DNA of 63,403 nucleotides, counting the filler, from Octopus bimaculoides (lineage: Eukaryota), in NCBI RefSeq assembly GCF_001194135.2. It is 7 parts of 7 records of this genome, joined end to end, with 100 filler letters (N's around TTAATTAATTAA, not from the genome) between each part and the next. Parts side by side here need not be neighbours in the genome. Positions count along the whole stretch, not along the records: positions 1 to 30,221 come from NC_069001.1; 6 more parts are not named here. One strand, 5' to 3'. Shown here one piece after another: positions 1 to 12,720 of this stretch. Each line of letters begins with the position of its first letter. Position 1 is the first letter of the stretch. Made by a program: the position numbers and the translations under genes. The notes beneath the pieces are model-generated. The model made no database searches, was not told where the DNA came from, and saw only the letters and a program-made list of their open reading frames with translations.

Positions 1-153
1 ATATATACACACACAAAATGTTTCGAAAAATTTGTTTAGTGAAGGGATTTATGCACAGTGATGTAATCATTAATTGAAATATGTAAAAAGATAAAAGTTG
101 GTTATGCGTGCATATTAAGGCGTTTTCTGTATTTTTTGATGAAAAAAGTTTCT

Positions 154-1190
154 TTATTTAAAGTATCTTTGGACTGGAAGAAGAGGAAGACTGAAATTTG
201 GTTTGATGTTATCTGCACATTTTTCTGTATGTTCGCTGAGAGGAATTTGCATGTATTGTGAGAAACGGATTTGCTCTTTCTGTAGAGTGGTTCTCTGTCT
301 CAAGGTCACACTCATCTGTCCAATATAGCTGTGTCCACAACTTGAGCAGGTTCTCAGAGGCACAAGTGAAACTAGTTCTAATTGTGAACCTCTCTCCTTG
401 TTTGAAAAGGAAATCCGAGCCTTCAAGTAAGTTGGGGCAGGTTCCACAGTTTGGGTGTCCACATTTTTTAACCGTTGGTTTCGTGGTTGTTTTGTAAAGC
501 TTCGCATTTGTTAACAGTCTCTTTAGCAATTTGTGTTGCTTCTTGCATTTGATGAGTTTGTGCGTTTTCAGGATGTCATTCATTTTTGGATCTCTAGTTA
601 GTAAAGGGTGATTTTTCACAATAGTGTTGAATGCTTCACTGTTTCTGGAGTTGTGTGTTGATATAAACAGTAGTATTTTGAGATGAGGTGTGGTGTTATG
701 TTTTGTTGTCCTTAGTATTTTTATGTCTAATTTTTTGGCACATTTAATTCCCTTGTCTATAAGAGAGGCTGGACATTGTCTTTCAGTAAGCGTTGTTTTG
801 AGGTCTTGAAGACGAAGGTTCTGAGTAGTTCTATTAGACACTATTGTGCAGATCCTTTTTGCCAAATTGAAAGGGTTATTTATTTTGATGTGTTTTGGGT
901 GGCATGAGCTAAAGAGGAGATATTGTTTTGAGTCAGTTGGTTTATAATAGATGTCAGTTATAATTTGATTGTTGACTTTTTTTATCATGATGTCTAAAAA
1001 TGGAAGCTGTTCTTTGTTATATTCCATTGTGAATTGAATGTTACTATGTATATCATTTAGTGTTGATTTGAAATCCAAAAGTCTGTCGATATTCTCCTTC
1101 CAAATGGTAAAACAGTCATCCAGGTATCTTTTCCAATTTTCTCTTATGTAAAGGTAAAATGGGTAACCATATTTTTGAAGTGATACTTCA
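154..1190 (-). mobile_element. Penelope-like element, Neptune-type; 5'-truncated RT C-terminus plus GIY-YIG endonuclease (frameshifted)
   Basis: ORF 209..1234 has WKRYLDDCF, LPFLDI, DIYYKPTDSKQYL, SCHPKH and linker CGHPNCGTC; ORF 154..507 continues with CSSCGHSYIGQMSVTLRQR (YIG motif). Confidence 0.9.
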
Positions 1191-1192
1191 TA

Positions 1193-1469
1193 TAAGGTGA
1201 AAGAACATTTGGCCAGAACACACTTCAGCAACAACGGCGAGGTGAAATAGGAGGTTCAAAGCTTCCTCAATGACATGGTGGTGAGCTGGTATGACACGGG
1301 CATACAAAAACTGCACCAGCACCTACAAAAATGCATCAACCGAAATGGTGATTATGTAGAAAAATAGATAAATGTTCAAACTTTAAAATGATGTAAACAT
1401 CATTGACAATAAACGTTTCTGCAATTTCTAAATATTTTTAAAGACCTTACTTTTGGGATTACCCTTGTA
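1193..1469 (+). mobile_element. mariner transposon 3' fragment with 3' TIR
   Basis: Manual translation KVKEHLARTHFSNNGEVK*EVQSFL...GIQKLHQHLQKCINRNGDYVEK*; ends in GACCTTACTTTTGGGATTACCCTTGTA then TA. Confidence 0.8.
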
Positions 1470-1574
1470 TAAGGGGTAATGCACAAGGGATGAGAGTATG
1501 CAGTAGACAGGCATGGAGAAGTATTGGGGACTGGTGATTTGTGGTGCTATGATACCTCATATTTCTTGATCATG

Positions 1575-1799
1575 GATACTACAGGCTGGTAGATACTACA
1601 GGCTGGTAGATACTACAGGCTGGTAGATACTACAGGCTGGTAGATACTACAGGCTGGTAGATACTACAGGCTGGTAGATACTACAGGCTGGTAGATACTA
1701 CAGGCTGGTAGATACTACAGGCTGGTAGATACTACAGGCTGGTAGATACTACAGGCTGGTAGATACTACAGGCTGGTAGATACTACAGGCTGGTAGATA
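1575..1799. repeat. Tandem repeat, 13 x 17 bp (GATACTACAGGCTGGTA)
   Basis: Counted directly: unit starts at 1575 and recurs every 17 nt to a partial unit at 1796. Confidence 0.97.
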
Positions 1800-4149
1800 T
1801 GCAGTTTTTTGCAGAGGCACAGCTGGCAATTAGGGGTGGTGGGTGAATATGGTGGCGCCCTGTCGACAATAATCCATTTGATGCTGGATGTTTCATCTGA
1901 AAGGTCATGAAGTCTTCAGAGAAATTGCGACAGGGAAGTGAAGTAGTCTCTATCCCTGGATCTAAATGAATGCAAGTGCTGGGAGTAGTATCTTCCCTTG
2001 AAGTCATTGGCTGTCATTCCTGTATAGTGCCTAATAATGCCATAGGATGGTGTAAGGGTGACTCTGTACACTACAGCCCTTGAGAGGTAGGATCCTCATA
2101 GACGGCAGGTGGTAGGGTTTCAGCAGTTGCAGGTTGGGGTTGGGGCTTGTGTGGGTGCGTTTTTACGTCTGTTAATGCGTGTAATGTTAGATGCAATGTT
2201 GTCTTAGCATGAGCAGCTTATGGTGACATTAAGGGTTTGAAGAGTTTGTAATACTTGTAGCCTCTGGGGAAATGTTTCTTTATTAACAACAGGAAGCCCC
2301 TGGCTACGTTGGTAGAAACTTCTAGTTTAGATGGGGGGGGGGGGTTATACCAGATTATTCTCTTTTTCGTCTTGGGAGGAGGAGAGGAGGGTTGGGGGTT
2401 TGTCCACATATGTGAGCTTAGAAAATCCGCTCCTAGCCAAAGCAGCTTTGTACTGAGGGGGCAGCCCTATCAAAGATCTCTATGTTGGCTGAGAGTTAAG
2501 ACACCCATTTGCCAATGCCTGAAGCCAGGTTTCTAATTATACGGTGGCTGTGGGGATTGAGCTCTTGTGGATATATACCATTTCTTCATTAAGCTTCCTG
2601 TAGGAGTAGTATTTGCCCATGTACAGGTCTAAGGTTACGTCCAAGAAATTGACAGTAGTCAGGCTGGTAGTAACCGTTATGGACAATCCAAACTCTTTGA
2701 ATATTTTTATCAAGTCCTTCCTAAACCTGTCCATGGCATGGCCATTCATATGGTTTGATATAGCCAAGTCATCATTCCTGTAGAGGGCCGACCTATGTGG
2801 ATGGGTACATCTCTTGAGGGTATCCATAATGTTTAACCCAACAAGGTCAGTGATTTCAGCCCTGTCAAAGCACCCCATAGAGACATCAAACAATGGATCA
2901 CCTTCTTTATTCATCCAGAAGGAATCATTATGGACCAAAATTCACTTATTGGCATTCATGATGATCCTGATATCAAGATCACTAATGCTGGTAAATTGTC
3001 CTGCAAAAGCTGGGGCCTCCAGGAGGAGGGGCTTAGATATAGAAGGGTAGAAGTCAACAATGTCGAACTAAGTGAATTTGCAGGCTGATTTATTTTCAAT
3101 ATCATGGAACCAGTCTATCACATGTGTGCTGGAGTTCCATTGAGTTAATGCTGTAGCCCTTCTGATGTCAGATTTGATAGTCTTGAGAATACACTTGCTA
3201 ATGATAGTTATCCCACTTTTGGAGGGGTTGATCAGCCTGCATTTGGGGTTGGAATGGAAATTAGGCTTGTGGTCCTTAAGTGTAATATAGCAGGGGGCAG
3301 GGAGGTAGCTAGCTCCTTTGCTTCTGTGTTTCTGTCATTGTATGTGGAATTATGGGGTTTTTGTATGTTTTGGTGATGGCACTTGTGAGGAGTCTTGAAT
3401 GTGTGGAAATGTTTGTTTCATAAATATTTTTTGTTTTGTCTGGGAGGATGTATAGATTGGGTGATTGTTTAATACTGGTCATATAGACATTTAAGGATCT
3501 GAGCAAGGGGTTAGAATAATGCCAAAACCTTACCCATAAGTCAGTTTCAAAGTTCTCAAGGTCTTTCATACATGAGGGTCACTTTTGGGATTTGAAGCTA
3601 AACTTATCCAGAGATGTAGTAGTGGAAAGGTTCTCATAGAAGAAAGCTTTTCAGCACATCTGTTTGATAACACTTTTGGTCTTCGTAAGTCACATCAAAT
3701 AGATTTTCCTTATGGGTATTTGGATATTCCTCAGTGAGTACGATAATGGTTGTCTCTTCATTGCAAACGGTTTGTGAATGGTGCTCAACAGAATTTGGAA
3801 CAATTGTACAAGTGAGTAGACAGACAAAAGAAAGGCACTCAACATATTTATTGGGAGTTACATGTATGGATCAAAACAGTTTGATTCAAACTCCTTGGTA
3901 CTCTGAGTTTCAAGTGTGTCACTAGTCTCCGGCCACTGAGTCTGAATGAAAGTTTGATTGAGGAGAGTCATTGTTTACTACTGGATGTTAGCCTGTCATT
4001 GGTTGAGAAAGGTCACGCAGTGTTGCAGTTTGATGTTGATATTTCAGCAACAACAATTAGTTGGAAAATACCACATGGTGAACAGGAAATCAACTACATG
4101 GTGGACAGGAAATCAGTCATGTGGTTGGGGGAAGTAGGAAGGGGTAGTA

Positions 4150-4590
4150 GATGTATATATGTATATAGAGTATATATGTATATATGTGTACATGTATATG
4201 CCCATATATCTGTGTGTATGTATCCATACTTATACAAGTGTGTAAGTGTGCATAGATGTACATTCACACATCGTGCACATGCATGCATGCACACAAACAC
4301 ACACAAATGCATGCATGTACACACATGCATGTACAAATGCACATACATATGCAAGCACGTACATGCACATATACATTCATGCACACTTATCTCCATGCAT
4401 ATATGCACACAAGCACATGCACATGTGCACATACACGTAAGTGTGCATGTGTACATACATGAACATGCATGGGTGTGCATGTATATGGGCTTGTATGTGT
4501 GTACATGTACACCACTGCACACCCATGCATGTGCATGTGTATTATGAGCATATGCACTCATGCATACACATATGTATATATACTCGCGTG
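4150..4590. repeat. Degenerate TA/TG/CA low-complexity tract inside the PLE pseudo-LTR
   Basis: Interspersed TATA, TGCA and CACA motifs; source of the C/H/T/M/Y-rich spurious ORFs. Confidence 0.85.
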
Positions 4591-4662
4591 GTTATGTGCA
4601 AGGGGCGAAAGAATGTGGCTAGACAGGCATAGAGAAGTATTGGGGATTGGTGATTTGTGCTG

Positions 4663-5480
4663 CAGTTCAAGGGAAGATACTCTTAGTACTTGCATTCATT
4701 TAGATCCAGGGATAAAGAGAACTCCACTTCCCTGTCATGCTTTCTCTGGAGACTTGTGACCTCTGAGACAAAAGACCCAGCATCAAGTGGACTATTGTCG
4801 ACAGGGTGCTACCATATTCACCTGGTGCCCCTCTGTAAGAAACTGCATATCATCTACTAACTCAGTGTCCATCAACAAGAAATATGAGGTATCATATTGC
4901 TGTCATCAGAGGTACACGCTTCTGGTAAATTTCAAGCCACTGGTCACTGACAACCTGGATATACCTCCTTAGTACCAGCCACCTCCAGCACCATCTGCAC
5001 TAAGGTAACCATCACAAACTAACCCCCATGAACAGATGTATGAATGTACATCTATGCACACATACACTCATATAAGTAAGGACACATACAAGTAGACATA
5101 TGGGCATATACGTATACACATATATACATATATACTCCCACATCTACCACCCCTCCCTACTTCCTGCCAACCATGCAACCAATTTCCTGTCCACCACGTA
5201 GTCAATTTCTTTTACACCATGCAGTATTTTCCAACTAATTGTTGTCACTGAAATACCAACATCAAACTGAGACACCTTTCTCAACCAATCGTAGGTTAAT
5301 GTCCATTAGCAGACACTGACCCACTTCAATCAAACTTTCATTCAGAACCAATGGCTGAAGACTAGTGACATGCTTGAAATTCAGAGTACCAAGGAGTTTG
5401 AATCAAACTGTTTTGATCCATACATGTAACTCCCAATAAATGTGTTGATTGCTCTTCTTTCATTTGTCTACCCACTTGTA
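4663..5480 (+). mobile_element. Inverted pseudo-LTR of the same PLE family (3' endonuclease end + 3' UTR)
   Basis: 4666-4820 is the reverse complement of ~1845-2002; 5035-5480 is the reverse complement of ~3807-4270 (diverged, roughly 80% identity by eye). Confidence 0.85.
5352..5391 (+). ncRNA. Degenerate hammerhead-like motif in the PLE pseudo-LTR (homologous copy at 3896-3935, - strand)
   Basis: tgg CTGAAGA ct-agtg-aca-tgct-t GAAA ttcagag TA cca; 3-bp stem I, wobble-containing stems II and III. Confidence 0.45.
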
Positions 5481-6642
5481 GATAGATAGATATTAATGTT
5501 GGTTTTTATGTAACGTTATGCATAAAAATAATTCAACATTAAAGTGAAGGATTACTCAATACTTTTGGCTTGAATTTATTAATTTTTACAGAGAAAATGT
5601 TGACAGTATCTTCCAAGTTTCAGCTTACCAGCTATCATTAGACTGTTGACAAAGTGGTAGCAAAAGAATTGGAGGGGACACAATGGGAACAGTCTTTTCT
5701 TAAACCCTTCTCATAGTAAAAAGAGAGAGAAGTGGTTTATCAACCGTGAGGAGTGAAAGTTAAAGGCTGACACTGCCCCAGGATTTGAACTCAGAGTGCA
5801 GAGAGATGAAACAAACACCACAGGTTGATGCTCTATCAACTCATTCTATTCATAAAATTCTGTGAACAGTTAATACAGAATAGCTAGGATAATAACTTGA
5901 GTTCTGCCACTGTTTCTAGAGATTCTTGTAGAAAATCAATAGAATTAAAACAAGAGACAGATATTCTTTAAATAACATTAACATAGATGTAAATAACCTC
6001 CACTCAACACCACAACTCCTACAATTTACCCACTGCCTCACTGGCCCACAGACCAGGCTGGCTGAATGACCAGTTGGCTGGCTTACTTCAAGCAAGATTA
6101 AATAAGCAGCTTTTTAAATAATACATGGAAGTTGTACTTCCACCATTGTCATCACAACTATACCACCATCAGTAATACAAGTACAATTACCATCACCACC
6201 ATCATCATCATTACTCCTACCATCACCATCTCTCTAGGTGTTATTACCAGTAATACAACCACTACAACCACAACCATGACCACCACAATTACTACCAACA
6301 TAATCCTAACTACAATCACAACTACTGTCACAATTACCACTACCACAACTACCACACACAAGTATAGTGAATGAAGGTAAAATGTGAGAGAACAGTTTAT
6401 TAATCATACCAGCATTTTGTCTCTTTCTCACTCTTAACCATCCACCCACCCATCCATCCACCCCCTACATACACACACACACACACACATTCTTCCACCT
6501 GTCCCAACCACACAAGTATAATGAAAGGAAGAAACTTGTAAAAATGTGAGCTGTGAAATTTGAGCTAATTAACATAAAGAAATAAAAAAAACTCTGGCTG
6601 CAGTACATTTCCTTCCTTCAATTTTATTGTTATTATTATTAT

Positions 6643-7065
6643 TAAGGCAGCGAGCTGGTAGAATCGTTAGCATGCCAGGCAATATGAATAGCAGCATTTT
6701 GTCCCTCTTTACATTCTGAGTTCTAATTCTGCCTTTTGTCCTTTCAGGATCAATGAAATAAGTACCAGTTACACACTGGAATTGATGTAATTGACTAGCC
6801 CCTCTCCCCTCAAATTTCAGACTTGTGCCTATAGTAAAAAGGATTATCATTAAGGCAGTGAGCTGGCAGAATTGTTAGCACACCAAGCAAAATGCTTAGC
6901 AGCATTTTGTTTGTCTTTGTGTTCTGAGTTCAAATTCTGCCAAGGTTAACTTTGTCTTGCATCTTTTCAGGGTCGATGAAAAAAGTACCAATTGAGTACT
7001 AGGGTCAAGATAATCAATGTGCTCCTTCCCCTAAAATTGCTGGCCTTATGCAAAAATTTGAAATC
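6643..7065 (+). mobile_element. Two head-to-tail copies of a tRNA-derived SINE with a Meta-like central domain
   Basis: Both start TAAGGCAG..GAGCTGG.AGAAT.GTTAGCA, carry TTCTGAGTTC.AATTCTGCC and CTTT(T)CAGG.TC.ATGAAA..AAGTACCA. Confidence 0.8.
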
Positions 7066-7519
7066 ATCTTTATTATTATTGTTATCTATAATATTATTCC
7101 AAGCGTTCCTCAGTTCCTGCCTGTTTCATCCATGTGTTACACTTATGCCAAGGAAGGTAATGACTCAAATGGAGAAATGTATATATATAGCAGAAAGGGA
7201 GGCTAAGAGAGAGAGAGAGAGAGAGAGAAGGTCTATATACTTCAACATTTGTGTTTCAAACCACAGGCATAGTGGAAATGTTTAACACAATGAAACAGTG
7301 TTATGAATCTTTATGAATTTATGCATTAAAAGATTTATTGATGGATAATTAAATTAAAGTGAAACAACCTTAGCAAGTAGCTGTGAATGTTACACTTTAT
7401 ACATGTAACATTCACAGCTACTTACTTTTCCTCAGCCTTCTATTTCAGATGGACTGTGTCTATCCCAGCATGATACATGTGTCTAGCCTAGCACACCCTT
7501 CTCTTTTGCATACGACAAC

Positions 7520-7985
7520 TGATCCCTTTTGTACCCAGTTTTTTGCCCTAGGGTCATCTCTGTTCTGTCCTTCATTCATGCTAACTTTACACATCCAGTT
7601 GAGTACACTTACCTTATTTCAATCCAGACTCCTTTCATCCTCTTCACTCTCCCCATATTTCCATATTATATTTTGTATGGAAGCATCATAGAAGTTGTTT
7701 TTCACTCATATAGTGAAAACCTTTCTTGCTAAATAAGACACTAGCTTCCTTAACTTTTTCCACCCAATCCCTGCTCAATTTTTATACCATATCTCCATCC
7801 TGCCCTCTAATACTTCTTGTCACCATTGAAACATAGAATGTCATCAATATTTAGTTAGTATTTTGATTATTGGAAGGAAATTCCATGGCTGTTCTTATAG
7901 CTAACTTCTCTTGCACGTTTTAGTATCAACATGTACCATGGTTTTAGGTGGCTATGTAAACGCAAACATCCTGCCAGGCTTCCGA
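7520..7985 (-). mobile_element. Decayed RTE LINE fragment
   Basis: Minus-strand peptides GWKKLRKLVSYLARK and SVLNWMCKVSMNE parallel the RTE copies at 14455 and 27827. Confidence 0.5.
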
Positions 7986-9229
7986 CTTTTAGCTCAGTTG
8001 AACATCTAGGATGTGACAGCTAGAAAGAGACATGGAGAGCTGCAGCAGTACAAGGCTGGTAGCATATTTATAAACCCTTAAATGATGAAAAGCAAAGCTA
8101 ACCTCTGCAGGAACTGGACTCAGAGAGCAAAGAGATGGAACAAATACTGCAAGGCTCACACACACACACACTAGCATGCAAGTGTGTGTGTGTGTGAAAT
8201 GGTGAAATGAAAAATACCTTGACAGAAAAACAAGGGTGAGCAACAAGAAGGGCATCTAACCATGGAAAGCCTGTCTCAATAAATTTTATCTAACCCGTGA
8301 CAACATGAAAATGGACATTAAAACAACGATGACGATGACAGCATATGTATGTGCATGTGTGTGTGTGTGTATACATATATATACATACATATGTGTTGAG
8401 AGAGACAGACAGAGAGATATGTTTAGTAAAAAAGCAGGTGCAGTGTGAAAAACCAATGAAATCTCAATTAGGTTCCTGTTTCTTCCAATATATTGTTCTG
8501 TTGAACCACATTTAATATACAGTCCCAGTTTTGTATGACATGGATCAACTATTACAACTGATACTATTACTGCTACCACCACAACCACCACTACTGTGAC
8601 AAGCACCAAACCACAACTACCACTGGTGGAAACCATGTCAGGAGTAGAAGCATGAACTGCCCTCACCACCAAAGTAAATAAATATGATGCCACCTCACTC
8701 CTCTTTAGTAATCAGACAGGGAGAGGAAAGTGGAACCAGAAATTTTTAAAATTCACAAAACAAAGCAAAAAATGAAAATAAAAACAATTTTTTAAAATTA
8801 GAGAATGAATAAAAAACAAAACAAAAATTCAAAACAATCAAAGGAAAAGATTGACAAAGAAAAATAAGAAAACAAAAGCCATTTCTTGATTTTGTAAACC
8901 AGACTGACCACCATTGCCACCACCATAGCTACTGCCAGTACATGTACACAACTACTTCCATCACTACCAACAACAACAGCAACAACAAGTATGTATGTTG
9001 CTGTAAGCTGGTTGTTAGCCAATCAAAGTCTTTAAGTGGAATCAATTATTGTAACGAAAGAAGAGATCGATAACTGAAATAAATTACTGCAAATATTGGC
9101 TGACATCCAAAAAGAGACAACAAAAACGAATGGAAAGACTTGGATGAACATTCTCTCAACATTTCTATCTCTAACTCTCTGCTTCGTTCTACAAGTTTCT
9201 CTCTGTATCTATCTCTAATGCTTTGTTTC

Positions 9230-9715
9230 TCTCTCTCTCTCTCGGTAATTCTTCATAGATGTGGTGTGAGTGGGCAGAGTGGGAAGAATGTGGAGAAGAA
9301 GAGAGTGGGAAAGTAAGTTAGGGGAAAAAAGATAAGGGGCCTGAGAAAGGTGTAAAAAAGGAAGAATGGAATGGAGTGTGGGAAGGAGAGAGGGAGAAAA
9401 GGGAGAAGGTGAGATAGAAGAAAAGAGAAAGGGGAAAGGAAAGACAGAAGGGAGGAAGAGAAGAAAGAGAACTGATGGAGAAGAGGAGGAGAAGAAGAGA
9501 AACATGAGAGAGAGGAGTAAAAGTGAGAAGGAAATGGACAGAAAGAGAAAGAAGGCAAGAGAGAAAAAAGAGAGGGGAAAGGAGAGATAGAAAGAGGAGA
9601 AAAGGGAGAGAGAAGGGAGAGGGAGAGAGGGAGACAGAGATGGGAAAAGGATGGGAGGAAGAAAAGGAGAAAGAGGGGGAGAGAGATGAGGGAAGAGGAA
9701 AGCGAGAAAGAAAGT
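9230..9715. repeat. GA-rich polypurine low-complexity tract
   Basis: Almost exclusively G/A on + strand; yields E/K/R- and F/L/S-rich pseudo-ORFs. Confidence 0.85.
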
Positions 9716-9924
9716 TCTGTTTTGTATTTCAGTCCATTGTCCAGAGAGGATGGAGGAGTGTTGGATGAGCAGAGTTAAATGGTATGGAAAATGATAATGA
9801 TGATGTTGACAGCAACAATGGTAGACACAGTGGCAATGGGTGTTTTTGTGGAAGATATGCATACATGTGCACATGTGTGTGTGTGTGTGTGCGTATAAAG
9901 AAGTGCTGATCTCTAATTGTGGAG

Positions 9925-10085
9925 GGAATTTGTGGAAAAGAAGACCCAAGAAGACATGGAACAAAGTGGTGAAAAATGAACTTCAGATGTTGAGCCTCAC
10001 AGAGATGACAAACGGCCACAATGATTGATGATTTGCTGTTTGAGAGGCTAAGTAACCGAGTCCATGCAGGCATGTTGTTTATGTC
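9925..10085 (+). mobile_element. Short RTE 3' fragment
   Basis: KRRPKKTWNKVVKNELQMLSLTEM matches RGRSRKTWDEVMKHDL of the other RTE copies. Confidence 0.55.
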
Positions 10086-10414
10086 CACATCCCTGACCAA
10101 TCCTCTCCCCAACAACCTACCTTCTTAACATCTCCCCCATCCTCCCACTACTGTATTCTCTTCCCTCTTCCCATTCTCCCTTAGTACCCATATGAATCTG
10201 TCTGCACACAATGTGTTCCTGTTGAATCTCCTTCCTACAACACAACCCCCTAACATCCCTACCTCTATTTGTGTCCGCTAACAGTATTCCCTTCCCCTCT
10301 ACCTCCCACTCTCCTTTCCATTATAGCAATGGATTATGTACTAAGGCATGCTATGGTATCTGAACCACACATAACTCTGTCCCTGCCAAGGTTCACATCA
10401 TCAAGCATTGTATC

Positions 10415-10985
10415 TCACTGATCTCAACTTTGTAGATGAGGTCACACTTGTCTCATACAATTACAAATGCTAGAAATCCTTAACCTCTCCTCACAAAACT
10501 GGAGTCAGCTGCCATTGAAGATGATCTCTCAATAAAATGTTCACACACAAAGACCATAATCATTGCTGAAAATGCTGGTGTGGGTGAATTAGTTACTGAC
10601 TTCTGCTATCTGGGCTCTCTTATTCACTCTACCATCACAAATGTTAACATTCTTAAAGCAATAACATGGTCAGCATCTAACAAGCTATGAAAAACTTGGG
10701 AAGTACTGCAACTGTCACATAACCTAAAACTATACCTGTTTCATTCTATAATAGAATCTGTTCTGCCCTACAGCCCTGAATGCTGGTCTCTTATGGTGGC
10801 CCAACAGTGATCACTAGATGGCACATACACTCAACTTCTGTACAAGACCTTTAATGTGTCTTATGCTGACCATATGTCAAGCAAATCATTATATGGACCT
10901 TTACCACCTGCAAGCCAACCAAGCAAACAAAGAAGGCTAAAATTCACAGACCACTATTTTCATCAAACAGATCAAACCCAAGGGG
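10415..10985 (+). mobile_element. RTE-like LINE RT C-terminal fragment (second family)
   Basis: LTDLNFVDE, DFCYLGS, IESVLPYSPECW, SLDGTYTQLL, LYGPLPPAS, RRLKFTDH (degenerate LDFADD / RRLxFAGH motifs). Confidence 0.75.
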
Positions 10986-11037
10986 CAAGTTCAAGTCTAG
11001 TGAACGGACTCACTATATGTGTGTGTGTATACATATA

Positions 11038-11260
11038 TATATCATCGTTTAATGTCTGTTTTCCATGCTGGCATGGGTTAGACAGTTTGACAGAAGCTGG
11101 CATGGTTGAGGTGCCATACCAGGCTCCATTGGATGTTTTAGCATGGTTTCTACAGCTGGATACCCTTCCTAATGCCAACCAGAGTACATAATATACTGGG
11201 TACTTTTAACAGTATCACCACCAGTGCTTTTTATGTGGAACCATCACTGACAGGGTCACC
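11038..11260 (-). mobile_element. RTE 3' tail
   Basis: ATCATCGTTTAATGTCTGTTTTCCATGCTGGCATGGGTT...CTACAGCTGGATACCCTTCCTAATGCCAACC, same as the tails at 25797 and 29400. Confidence 0.7.
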
Positions 11261-12069
11261 AAGTACTTGAATGATGACTTTTGGGGAGGTATTGGGTGAA
11301 CTTACAACAGTATAATGAAAGGAACCGATTTATAGTTGTGAGAGGGTGGTGGTGGTGGTGGTGGTGGTGGTAGTGGTGAGGGTAACATAAGAGGAACAGC
11401 AGGAGAGATGAAATGGAGAAGGAGGTGCTAGCACATCTCAAAGTAACATGTCCAAGAAGTTGAAGAGAGTGTGGTGATAGAAGACCCTGGGAGAGTGAAT
11501 GAAAGCTGTAATCTCTCCACTCCCCACTCAAACACCATGAATCTGAAAGATAGAAGAATCTGTAGAAATAATTAAGACCCAGGAAGGAATTGATTTCTGT
11601 CTTCTTTTCATCTTGGCTCTTTTTCAAATGTTACTGTGAATTGCATTCCTGATTGCTCTTGGAAATAATTGCAAATGATATTTATTCGTTAATCAGAACT
11701 GAATACGCTGCACTCATTAAATAATAAAAAAGACAGTCTAAAGAAACCAAAAACTCTTCCTCAATTCTTCTGACAATAGCTTTGACTAATAATTACCATG
11801 ATTATCACCGTACAATTATTATCAAGATTTTCTGCATTTTGTTTCATCCTTTCTGCTACAATAATTTACAATTGAGAGCTGGCATTATTTTCTCATTACT
11901 TTTCTAGTTAGAGTCATACTTTTACAGCTGGTCTCCACCTCTCTCTCCCCCACACTCTTTATCAAAAATTGCAATCAATTTAAACTTTCATTCATTGAAT
12001 AATATTATTTCATATGTAAATTTCCAATGCTCTCAACAAGGACAGATGATGAAATAGGAGGAACATGAG

Positions 12070-12720
12070 GAAAATGATATATGCAGATGTGGAACAGTCG
12101 GAACACTGAAACATATTCTTTCTAGTTATTCACTGGCATTGAACAGATGTACATCAAGACACAATCTGGTCCTTAAGGTCATCTTCAATGCTATTGCTCT
12201 CATCAACAGTGGCAAAAAACCACTGAAAGAACCAAACAGAGATTTAATTACCATCGTGTGCTCAGGACAGCAGATCTGTTTGAAGAAGAAACTTCCTGTG
12301 AACGATGAAAAGTGGAATGGCTATTGGAAGGTGGCTGCAGATTTACCAGGGTACCCAGGATTCTTTCCCATCTCAGTTATGAAGAAACCATAATATGGTG
12401 TGAAAGAAAGAAAGTGGTAAATCTAGTCAAGTTAATGGTTCCTCATGAAGATAACATGAACACCACTCGGGCTCGAAAGATTGACTGTTATGTAAACCTC
12501 TTCAATGAATGTGAAGACGCAAGCTGGAAAGCAGAGCATTTTCCAATCAAAGTCAGATTTAGAGGATTTGTTGGATACAATGTAAGGTGACTATTGTTAT
12601 CATTAGGCCTAACTCATCATAAAGCAAATACCACCAAGAGTGATTTCCAAACTACAGTGGAAAAGCAATCCACTGGATTTGATTAAAAAGAAATGGTGAG
12701 CAATGGCTAAAAGAATATTG
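12070..12720 (+). mobile_element. Non-LTR retrotransposon 3' fragment with CCHC knuckle and restriction-like endonuclease (HERO/R2-like)
   Basis: CRCGTVGTLKHILS..ALNRCTSRHNLVL, then IIWCERKKVVNLVKLMVPHEDNM..RK...Y..L..EC..ASWK..FPIKVRFRGF. Confidence 0.7.

Larger units (their letters stand above)
1471..4662 (-). mobile_element. Near full-length decayed Penelope-like element (Hydra-clade-like RT + C-terminal GIY-YIG) with 5' pseudo-LTR
   Basis: Minus-strand motifs in order: PDKTKNIY; CYITLKDHKPNF..CRLINPSKS; FDIVDFYPSI; FDVSMGCFDRAEITDLVGL; LYRNDD; VNFLDVTLDL; RIIWYNPP; CNC*NPTTC; AVVY..HYTGMTANDFKGRY; CQLCLCKK. Clade label is inferred from motif style. Confidence 0.85.
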
